This document shows, one piece after another, positions 33,092 to 43,400 of a DNA stretch of 64,000 bases (position 1 is its first letter; every line of letters begins with the position of its first letter). A program made the translations under genes and the position numbers. Source of the DNA: Schizochytrium sp. TIO01 (Eukaryota; Protista; Bigyra: Labyrinthulomycetes). The notes beneath the pieces are model-generated. The model searched no databases. It had not been told where the DNA came from and saw nothing but the letters and a program-made list of their open reading frames with translations. Where the stretch lies: assembly GCA_004764695.1 (NCBI GenBank), contig SMSO01000031.1, positions 3,510,436-3,574,435 on the forward strand, read 5' to 3'.

Positions 33092-34705
33092 ATGGCGGAT
33101 GACAACGTGCCGACACCCAATAGTCCTCTCTCGAGGCGCCATGGGTTCGTGCCTTACAACTCGCTGGTGACTCCTTTGCTCACGGATATGTACCAGGTTA
33201 CGATGTGTTACGCATACTGGAAGGCAAATCGTCATGAAGAGCATTCTGTCTTTGAAATGTTCTTTCGCAAGAACCCCTTCAAGGGCGAGTTCACCATCTT
33301 TTGCGGCCTTGAAGAAGTCTTACGGTTCATGAACTCTTTCAGCTTTTCCAAGTCTGACATTGAATACCTCGAGTCCGCGATTCCGGGTTTGGACCCAGGA
33401 TTTCTCCAATGGCTCTCTACTGTTGACGCTCGCGGGGTCACATTGTACTCTGTAGAAGAAGGCAGCGTTGTGTTCCCGCGCTTGCCTGTCTTTCGCGTAG
33501 AGGGCCCTTTGGGTGTGTGTCAGTTGATCGAGACAACACTACTCAACTTGACAAACTTTGCTTCTCTCATTGCCACAAATGCTCAGCGCATGCGTCTTGC
33601 TGCAGGACCTGATAAGTCCCTACTGGAGTTTGGACTTCGACGTGCTCAAGGCCCGGATGGTGCCATGACTGCCAGTCGCTATGCTTGTGTTGGAGGGTTT
33701 GATGGCACAAGCAATCTCCTCGCTGGCAAACTCTTCTCTGTTGACGTAAAGGGAACTCACGCGCATGCTTTTGTTTGCAGCTTTCGTTCCAAGGAGGACC
33801 TTTCTACGACGGAGCTCGATGGCCGTGAGTTCTGGCAACCCGTGTACGAGATGCGTGAGAAGCTTGGTTTCCACAACTCGAACGTGTCTGAATTGGTTGC
33901 CTTTGTTGCTTATGCTCAGGCTTTTCCGGATGGATTTCTCGCACTCGTGGATACCTACGACACTCTGCACAGCGGTGTACCAAACTACATTTGCGTCGCA
34001 CTTGTGCTGCGCGATGTTTTTGGCAAGAAACCTATTGGCATTCGCCTCGATAGCGGAGACTTGTCGTACCTTTCCAAAGAGGCACGTTCAATTTTCAGAA
34101 AGCACGGCCTGGAGAAGTCTGTGATTGTAGCCAGCAATGACATTAACGAGGATGTTTTGCACTCTCTTGCAAAGCAGGGCCATGAAATTAACTCTTTCGG
34201 AATTGGTACAAACCTTGTAACTTGCCAGGCTCAGCCGGCGCTTGGAATGGTATATAAGCTTGTGGAGTGTGGAGGTCAGGCTTGTGTTAAGCTTTCTAAT
34301 GAGTTTAATAAAACCACTCTTCCAGGCAGGAAGCGCATTTTCCGTCTCATTGGCAAAAACTCGCTTGCGTTGGTGGACCTTATGCAGCATGCCGATGAGA
34401 CGCCTCCCAAGGTTGGTGATACAATTCGCTGTTGCCATCCCTACATTGAGCGGAAACGCTGCGATGTGCGTCCTTCTGAAATCAAGGAGCTTTTGATTCC
34501 TGTCTTTGAGCAGGGCAAGGTGCTTGTTGGTACCAAGACTGTTGAGGAGGCCCGCCAGTTCGTCCAGGAGCAAATGTCTATTTTGCGCGAGGATCATATT
34601 CGTAACTTGAACCCAGCTGAGTACAAGGTTTCTGTTTCGGAGAGTTACAGTTCTTTTGCACGTGAGCTTTGGCAATCCAACCAGCCTATTGAGCTGCTTG
34701 AGTGA
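33092..34705 (+). CDS. NAPRT: Nicotinate phosphoribosyltransferase
   Basis: LLTDMYQVTM, FFRKNPF, LLEFGLRRAQGPDG, GTHAH, LVDTYD, IRLDSGDL, FGIGT and LGMVYKLVE. First ATG at 33092. Confidence 0.97.
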   Translation: MADDNVPTPNSPLSRRHGFVPYNSLVTPLLTDMYQVTMCYAYWKANRHEEHSVFEMFFRKNPFKGEFTIFCGLEEVLRFMNSFSFSKSDIEYLESAIPGLDPGFLQWLSTVDARGVTLYSVEEGSVVFPRLPVFRVEGPLGVCQLIETTLLNLTNFASLIATNAQRMRLAAGPDKSLLEFGLRRAQGPDGAMTASRYACVGGFDGTSNLLAGKLFSVDVKGTHAHAFVCSFRSKEDLSTTELDGREFWQPVYEMREKLGFHNSNVSELVAFVAYAQAFPDGFLALVDTYDTLHSGVPNYICVALVLRDVFGKKPIGIRLDSGDLSYLSKEARSIFRKHGLEKSVIVASNDINEDVLHSLAKQGHEINSFGIGTNLVTCQAQPALGMVYKLVECGGQACVKLSNEFNKTTLPGRKRIFRLIGKNSLALVDLMQHADETPPKVGDTIRCCHPYIERKRCDVRPSEIKELLIPVFEQGKVLVGTKTVEEARQFVQEQMSILREDHIRNLNPAEYKVSVSESYSSFARELWQSNQPIELLE

Positions 34706-35450
34706 TCACTTTTGTCTTGAGGATTTGAAACAGCGATAAAATAGGACAAAAATAGACAAACTAACAATCGGAATAGAAGCACGAAGTTTAGCTATAGATT
34801 TATTTCCTCCTTCCTTCTTGTCTTCATTTCAAGTATTCAATGCCCGCATAAACATATGCCCTATTAAAAACTGTGCATTGTGAACTTATGAATCGATTTT
34901 GCCTCTACAGTTTGTATGTAGATGAACATTTTACGGGCTCTCTTTTTTTCGAATCCATCTTGTCGATATATAGCTTCTCTGTCTTTCTACACGCAGTCGC
35001 ACTTGAAGACTAATTTGAACGTAGGCATTGTGTGCTAATCCTTGGTCCACATAAAACGGAGATTATGCATTGCTATAATCAAAATTTGCTAACACTTTAC
35101 TTTCATTCCTCGCAACTAGCTCGAAACTCTTAAACGTGAGAGCCCTATTGTTCTCTCGCACAATTTGTCTTCTTTGAGAACACAAAACGAGAGAATGGCT
35201 TCTACCATGAACAGTCTAAGCTAGAGGAGGCTTTTCTATTACTACTTAGTAAATACTATGATAGTGGTAAGAACAAAACTGCGTTGTGCAAAATATTGCA
35301 TTGCATTGTCTGCAGCGCAGTTGGTCTCGTATATTCCTGGCCATACCTCCGAAACTTCAAATTAGATTCGCGTTGCAGAAATAAAGCGAGAGCTTCGCTA
35401 GGTTTCCAAGCTCGTGCAAGTCAATCTAGTACACCAGGTGGGCCAGTTAA

Positions 35451-36560
35451 ATGCTTCGTGGAGGCTTCAGTGTGGCGTCTCGGGGCCGGCAGGCGGCATG
35501 TTGGCTGCCCGAAGATTCGCTTGTGCGGCTCGGAAGGACGCTCTCAGGCTCTTCGAGCGCTACTCGCGATCCTTTTGAACCCATCGTGAAGAACATTCAT
35601 CGAGACCGTGCAGCTCGCAAATTTGAGACCAGCAACGGTGATTTTGAGTTTCTTCGAGACCATGCAGCAACGCGAATTGTAGATCGTATTGCAGATGTGT
35701 CTAAAGATCTTGAGGTGGCACTTGATCTTGGATGCTCAACAGGAAACTGTGTATCAGAACTCATGAAGCAAGGACTTGAAGATGAAGACGGTTTTGAGGC
35801 TCCCGCTGGAATCACCAAGGTTATCCAGCTTGATCCTTCAGAGGCGATGGTAGAAGTTGCGAGAAGACGTGCGGAGCGCGAGGTTGCTGGGCGTATTACC
35901 GTGGAATCGCTGGTGAGCCCTCTAGAAAATTGTCTCGAGGCAGTTCCAGAAAACTCTGTTGATGTAGTTGTAAGTGCACTTTCTTTACATTGGGCAAATG
36001 GACTCACAGAGACGCTCCAAAAGGTGCAACGCGCCCTCAAGCCTGACGGTGTATTTATTGCGGCTATGCTTGGTGGCGATACGCTTCATGAGCTCCGTAC
36101 GTCACTTGCAATTGCAGAGCAAGAACGCGAAGGTGGAATTAGTGCTCATGTATCGCCGATGATTCGCCATGCGGATGCCTGTGGCCTTTTGGCTAATGCT
36201 GGATTCAACCTCACAACTGTGGACACTGAGACTTTTACTGTGGAATTTAGCTCTGCGTTCAAATGTATGGAGAACCTTAGCTTCATGGGAGAGTCTAACG
36301 CTGTTTGGAACCGCAGGCCTGCTGTTTCTCGGGATACTTTCCTTGCTGCCGCTGCGATTTATGAACACATTTATGGTGACGAGGATGGATACGTGCCAGC
36401 GACCTTCGATATTGTCTATATGATTGGCTGGAAACCGCATAGCTCTCAACCAAAGCCGCTGAGCCCCCAAGTTGCGGACCAGTCGCTGGGTACGCTCGGA
36501 AAGGGATATGATTTTACTATCAACTCTTGTGTCACGAACGGTAAGAAGAAGTCGACCTAA
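35451..36560 (+). CDS. NDUFAF5: Mitochondrial complex I assembly factor NDUFAF5 (arginine hydroxylase, methyltransferase fold)
   Basis: HRDRAA, ALDLGC, LSLHWAN, GGDTLHELRTSLAIAEQEREGGISAHVSP, MGESNA and PATFDIVYMIGWKPHSSQPKP. Confidence 0.95.
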   Translation: MLRGGFSVASRGRQAACWLPEDSLVRLGRTLSGSSSATRDPFEPIVKNIHRDRAARKFETSNGDFEFLRDHAATRIVDRIADVSKDLEVALDLGCSTGNCVSELMKQGLEDEDGFEAPAGITKVIQLDPSEAMVEVARRRAEREVAGRITVESLVSPLENCLEAVPENSVDVVVSALSLHWANGLTETLQKVQRALKPDGVFIAAMLGGDTLHELRTSLAIAEQEREGGISAHVSPMIRHADACGLLANAGFNLTTVDTETFTVEFSSAFKCMENLSFMGESNAVWNRRPAVSRDTFLAAAAIYEHIYGDEDGYVPATFDIVYMIGWKPHSSQPKPLSPQVADQSLGTLGKGYDFTINSCVTNGKKKST

Positions 36561-37494
36561 GAAGCTGATACTTTTAAAGCTGGTGTCTGAGGTCATTTTG
36601 AAAAGCTTTTTCTCGAAGTTGTGTGTACACAACCACGTGCGCGTGGAAGAGACACAATTTTGAATAGATTCTGTGTCAACTACCAAGGAAATTTCAGGCT
36701 CTTCGCAACCTGTGATGTTGCTACCTTCTTGTAATTCGTAAATGCGCATAAAGTCTAGTTTTTTTTTTAATACTTTAATTTAGCTGGCAGTGTATTCTAT
36801 CGAGTCTACATTCTCAGAAAACTACTCGTTTGCTTCAATGCATGTCTGGAAGATTATTCAATATATAAATTGCATAGGCGAACAAGGTGACGAATTAATT
36901 AAATTAAAGCCTTAATGTCAGGCCGTCTTGATCATTGAGTATTGTCCTAGAACAAATAAAGTTATCAAGGTGCTTCCCATGCCTCTTGTCTGGGATTCTG
37001 CAGTGCTTTCTTCCTCTGTTTTTTAACTTCATGTAGTAAGGTAAACTCTCAACACAGTTTCACAATAGAGATTGGATCAGGAATTGAAAAAGGAGTTTGT
37101 TGCTACAAGACAACAAAGATGCAAGGAGCTTTCCATGATTAGCGTGCTTGTGGATAGCCATGGTATCTTTTCCATTATCCTATTCCTATGAATGAGTTAT
37201 GGAGTAAGGAGACGACGCTATGACACGAAATAGGTCCAATGAAAAAGAGCTTAACAAGCAAGAATAGTGTAACAACTAAACAATTAAAAAAAGGTTCATT
37301 GAATATTCCAGGATTAGAACGTTTATTCTATCCTATGCAACTCGCCATCAACCATGATGTTATCTTTATTTTTTTGCTTTTCACAAGCAACGGCATTGCG
37401 AGGCTTGGTTACCTAACTGTGCACCCCTGGAGGCGAATATAAACTTGGCAATGTCATGACTTGGTAGAGCGACTCATTAGGAAACAGTGGCAAT

Positions 37495-37510
37495 CTACTC
37501 CTCGTCATCG

Positions 37511-37541
<31 letters not shown>

Positions 37542-38827
37542 AATCGTCGAGGTCATCATCACCGCCTTCCAAATACAAAGTTTCCTGAATCGCACCATCC
37601 TTCTTCGGTGCAACAGGTGGTTTCGCACTGGCGCCAGTCTGGCCGTCCTCCTCAGCCTCTGCATCAGTGTTGTCGTTATCATCGTCGTTATCATCGTCGT
37701 TATCATCGTCACTCTCTTCGTCCTTGCCATCGCTGTAAGCACGTGTCGGTGCATTATCCTCGGGCTGATAGTCCTCCGAACGCTCATATCCCTTGTCGTC
37801 CATTGCACCTTCATCATCCGCAAACATGGACTGATCAAACTGGAACAGAGCTCTTCCACTGAGCACATTGGTACCAGACTTTCCAGCCTTTTTGGCAGAC
37901 TCTGCAGCCTGGCGCTCGGCCTCCTCCTTCTCCTTCCGCTTCTTCTCCTTCCACGCGAAGAAACGTTCTTTGGTCACAGGGGTGAGAGTTCCTGTCAAGT
38001 TTGCACGTTCCTCCTCAATACGCTCTTCAATGGGAATTCCACCTCGCTCGCGAATTTCCTCTTCCTCGACAATCTTTTCTTTGATGTATTTAGTCAAGCG
38101 CTCACTGCACTCAGATACGGAGCACTCTATGCCTTCTTCGGGCGATGAAAGTCCCTGCGCTCCCTTGGGGACCTCGAGCAACACGCGCTGACCACGAACC
38201 ATGGCTGCGATTTGGCGGACGTCGAGAATCATGCCAACCTTGAACTTGAAAGGTCTGCGGTGTCTCACCCATGAAGACCATGGTCATCGGGTTACGGGTG
38301 GTTCCATCACTGACCTTAACGTGCAGGCATGGCGTACCATCATGAGCCTTGGAGACAAGGTTATCCTTATGGTCAATTTCCACGCAGAGACGCTCCACAA
38401 CGGCCTTCTGGCCAAGACCATAGACATCGCGCAAAGGGCAAATAGGGACACCAAAGTCCTTTTCGTCCTCCTCCTTCTGGCGAGCCATGTCCTCTTCAGC
38501 CTTGGCTTTCTTCTCGTCCTCAGCCTTCTTGGCGAGCTTCTTGGTCTCCTTCGACTTAGGTTTCTTCTTGCCAGACAGCGCATAGGCATCTCCGAGAAGG
38601 TCCAACATCTCCTTCTCGGCAGCCTTCTGCTGCTCCTTCGCACGCTTGTTGTCAGCGGCCTTTTTAGCAGCCATAGCTTCGCCACCCTTAGAGCCATGCA
38701 CGGAGGATTGCACCTGCTTGATGATAGTACGCGCCTTGCGACCCTTCTGGTTCTTCAAGCCAAAGGTCTTGTCCTCTACGACCTTTTCGCGCTTCTTCTC
38801 CACGGCCTTTGCCTTTGCTTTCGCCAT
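37495..38827 (-). CDS. ZC3H15: DRG family regulatory protein 1 (ZC3H15/LEREPO4/Tma46) homolog, split across two frames by a +1 shift near 38250 (about 443 aa if joined)
   Basis: ORF 38827-38111 begins with the ZC3H15-type N-terminus EKVVEDKTFGLKNQKG. ORF 38268-37495 carries the DFRP C-terminal domain (IEERIEEERANL..TPVTKERFFAWKEKK, LSGRALFQF..DD) and an acidic tail. Confidence 0.85.
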
Positions 38828-40403
38828 CTTGACTAAGTTTTTTTATACGTGACGCCCGCCCTGCGAATCCGAAATCTGAGTTAAGATCTCAAGCAATCCA
38901 AGCAATCGATACAGATCGAGGAAATCTGAAGAAAACTAAGAAATCTTAAAAATCTTGAGCTGAGAAAAAGCTCTTCAGGCGACAACACTTCCCCTCAAAA
39001 GCCCCCGTTGCTACCTCTGCGACGGGTTGATAAATTGTTTGAGAAGCTCCGGCAGGTGCCCCGCAATGCCAGCTGTGCGTAACACGCCTGAGCTAGCGAA
39101 AGCCTGAGAAGGCTTGAAGCGAAGGGCCTAGCGCGGTTGAATGGTTGGGTGAATGGAAGGGTTGCTGACGATGAGTGCCACCGTCTGCAAAGCTCCGCTC
39201 GCAGAAGCCTCTGCGAAGATAAATCTAGATCCCTGGCGAGTGTGCCCGCTCGCGCTGCTCTGCTGCTGCTGCGCCGCGCTCTGCCTCGATCGGAGGTCGC
39301 GACCACAAACGATTCTGGAACGGAGAAGGGGCCTATATTAGTGGCCTATTTACTGATAGACCGCCACCTTTAAAGTCACCCGTTCGTTCATTCATTCATT
39401 CATTCATTCGATTTATACATTCTTTTAAAGGGTTGTTTTCTTTTATTCAAAAAGTTTTGTTTTAAATTGAAAGTTTTTAAACTACTCATGACTCTCTAAA
39501 AAGTGGAGTCTCAAATGTATAACTCATTATAGCGATATAAAGTTAACCTACTATAGTCAATTATCAAAATTATTTGATTGATTATGTAATAGGTACCTAG
39601 GTACTAGGTACCTCTACCTACCTACCTACCGCGGTTTGTGTGGCCAAGAAACAAAAGAGATGAAGAAGAAGCATGATGATGCACTCAGAAAAGTTAGTAG
39701 TGCAATGAAGCGATGGTTTAGATAAAATGTATTGGAACCTGAATCTTTGTTTCGGAGTAGATGGGGGAATGAAAGAGGAGACGCTCGGGATTGACAATTT
39801 GTACGATATTTTTCAGATAACTGGTGTCAATAGAAGACAACCAGTATTGTATAATGCTGAGGAATAGGATTTGATGTTGGTTTAGGCACTTGTAGATGTT
39901 AGTAAATAGTTTTATTTAACTTTTGCTCGTTTGACTGTTGCAACATAGTATGACCTAGCGTGTCCTGAGGGTAAGCTTTTAACTGAAGGATTTTATCATA
40001 GGATTGAGCAGTGAATTTGACAGATTGGCAATTTTCTATCATTCTGCCATATTAAAACTCTTTTGATTACACTTGATCTGTTATACGGGTGTGATTCCAC
40101 TTGTTATAGTTGACGTATACATAATGATGATAAATATCTTCATGGTAACATTGTCTTCAGTGATTGTTGGTAAATTCATTAGCGCTCCAAAAACCTGAAG
40201 AACGAAGAACGTGCAATATCATACCATGGTATAGAGTTGAAAAAGACTTTGAATATAGACACTTGTCAAGCACAAAGTAGTTTCTATTCAGGTATGTATC
40301 GAAATAATAGAGTCGCAATGTTGAAAACAATCAAGAGTATCATTTAAAATAGACTATTGCTAAATGTAATGAACTTGACATTCACATGTAACATGTTAGA
40401 CAC

Positions 40404-43400
40404 TTAATCGCATTTGGAAGCGGGCAGCCAGCGTGTTTCGCAATCAAGGTTTCTTTCAGGATGAACATTGACAAGGGGGCGAAACGAGTCAGATTTATCC
40501 AAGAAATCTTCTAAAAATGCGTCTAATTGATCTCCATGAAGTTTTGAACAATCGCCTATTTGCTCTAATTTAGCTAGGCGGCTGCGGTTATTTTCGTGAA
40601 TGCGGTAAATGTCGAAGTCCTCATCTGATGGCTTTTTTTTTGTTCCAGACACACTACCATTGTATTCTCCACGCACTATTGTTGTAGATTTGCTTAATAT
40701 CGACGTGTGGGAAGACGACTTCGGGGACCAAGATATATGCATTGATTTTGTTGGACTGTTTTGGTATTTATTTTGACTTCGACACGGAGGAGGAGCAGGA
40801 GGCGATCGTTTTGATGGCTGAGGCATCAACATATGCAGACCTTTAACAGGCTGAGGATTTCGTGAGTATATTCGATTCCCCTTTATATGTTGATTTTCCA
40901 GGTTTTCTTGTGTTGGGGAATGTAGCAATCGTTCCGTACTATGGACGCCTGTATTTCCCGAGTTAACCTTAGAACAGCGAGAGTATAGTGGAGACTGAGG
41001 TTGAGGCACCTGGGACTTAGGACTGCCTCTAACAGGACTAAGCAGATTCTTGCGAGCGGTGTTTGTTGAATCTGAGAAAGAATAATGTTGTCCTCCGCGA
41101 GCATTCCTACTATCAAAAGTCTCCCCACTAGGAAGAATAAATTTTGATTCGCTCTTCAATGCATGATCTTCATTGAATGATGGACTCATTACCCTCCCAC
41201 TTGGGGATGAGGGAAATAAAGAATCCACAAAGCGAAGTGCTGGCGACCCAAGCTCTGAGCTTATGTCCATAGAGCGCTCTAGCGGTGATTCTAGACCATT
41301 CACAACTCGACGACCGGTATCTTGGAGAATACCTCGGCGAGATCGCTCAGATCGACCACGAGGTTGCGGAGCAGGTATGTACCCTAACACATTTCTATGG
41401 AAATTTACGTCAGGCCCGCCTTGCTGATCTTGCTTAAGCTCCTCAAGTTGCTCCCGAACGAGTTCTAAGGCTTCTAACGTCCTGGCTTGCTCACTACGTG
41501 CGGCTGCTGTTTCTTTAAGAAGAGCTTGTAAAGCATTGTCGTGTATTCGTGTAGATCCAGAAAAACTTTCTGGCCGCTGCTGACCGTCTTCCTGAGCTTC
41601 CTGGGCCTGAATCAACGAGGACATTGATTTTCTTGAGTTCTTTCTTGATGATATCATTGGATGATGTACGAGTGCATCAGTGTCATCCTCTTTAACCTCT
41701 GGGTCTTGACGAGGTGAGTCAAACAAATGCGCCGTACCACGCAGATTTCCTGGCCCGTTCCCAGGTAATGGTGATGGTGGTCCGAATAAATTCGCTTTCT
41801 CAGTGGCAGGAGCCATTTGGTGCGTGTCAGGTTGATGAGAACGTGCGCTCTGAACAATAGGCTCTTGCCCAGGTTTCATCTGTTCTTTAAATTTCATTTC
41901 AAGTTCTTTACGCTCTCGAGCAATGCGCTCATCCTCTGCTTCTTCTTCTCGCTTACGTTGCAATTCTTCTTCCTCTCGCTGGCGTTTCTTCTCTGCAATC
42001 TGCTGCTCAAGTTGTTCTTGGTGTTCTTGCTTCTTCTTTTGAGCATCTTTCTCGCGATCTAGAGCCTCTTGGATCTCGAGTCGCTCACGTGCAAGTCTTT
42101 CTTCGTCTTCCTTTTCTTGTCTTTCTCGATCTTTCTTTTCGCGAGCTTTGCGTTCTTGATCCATTTCCATTTGCATAAGTAGTTCATTTCGCTGAGCCAT
42201 CTGTTTCATTTTCTTTTCGGCAAGCTCTGCCTGGACAGCAGGATCATTTGGATCTACATTTAGCCGAGTGAAACGAGGTAAACGTGCTCGCCCCGGAGAA
42301 AGTGCACCTTGGCTTCGCGCACTATCAAGTGGATGCTGATACCCAGTAGGCATTCCGAGAGTTGGAACTGCTGAGGTGAAGTCTTGGAGAGGCCCTGGCA
42401 TCCCTATGCCTTCTGGTGCAACTGTGTGGGTCATTCCGTTTCCGAATTGCTGATTCATGCCAGGGTATGCGTCACTTTGGCTGCTTATTCCAGGTCCAAA
42501 CTGTGTATGCATCTGAGGATATCCTGCTGGAGCCCCTTGCATTCCAGAATACACTGCTGCATTACCTGCATTATATGCAGGATACCCCATGCTTCCTCCA
42601 TTACCTCCTGGTGGCAAAAATACACCACCATTTGAAACTCCTGGGCCTGATCCGAATCCCAGATTTTGAAGATGTAGTGATTGCTGTACTCCCCTTATTG
42701 GATCATAGCCTTGAGTTCCCAAATGCCCTGTACCGGGTGGCACGTAGCTTTGAGAATTAAATCCAGTTCCAGCTAAGCGTTGAGGATCACCCATAGATCT
42801 TGCACTTGGTACTCCACGGCGACTAGCCCGCTCTTCTTCTTCGCGTCTCCTTTTTTCAGCCATTTGTATTTCTAGAAAACGTTTGTATTCCATCTTTTTT
42901 GCAGCTTTGACATCATCATCACTTGGCCCCCATCCTAGGGCACGATTGACGTTGCGGTGTGCATGAGCCGCAACCGGACTTGGTGCACTGTAATCCTCCT
43001 CAACACGACGTTCCATTGTCTGCTGCTGATCACGAAGTTTCTTCTCTCGGATTTGTTTTTCTAAGTCACGAGCATACTTTGCTTTGGGATCAATAGCTCC
43101 TGGTTGTTCGTATGGTGTATAACCATTCTGCATTTGAGAACTATGCATTTGGCCCGGATGCTGCGAGATGTCCATACCTCGTGAGCGTAGTTTATCTTGC
43201 TCATCACGTATGCGCTTTTCTCTCATTTGTTGTTCTAGCTCTCGAGCGTACTTGGAGCGCGCATCGGTAGCCTCGTGTTGACTTGCATCAAAACCACTAT
43301 TGTGTGAATTCCTGCCGTCTATACCTCTTGAAAGAAGCTTCTCGCGTTCCTCTCGCATTTTTTTATCATGTATCTGTTGTTCTAGTTCACGAGCATATTG

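Noticed and set aside
7138-36560. SAM-related mitochondrial gene cluster (SAM carrier, methyltransferase, NDUFAF5)
   Set aside because: The genes are 10-17 kb apart and interspersed with unrelated genes; likely coincidence.
38255-38268. 14-nt GTGAG..CAG micro-intron as an explanation for the ZC3H15 frame break
   Set aside because: Too short, and its removal does not lead into the DFRP frame.
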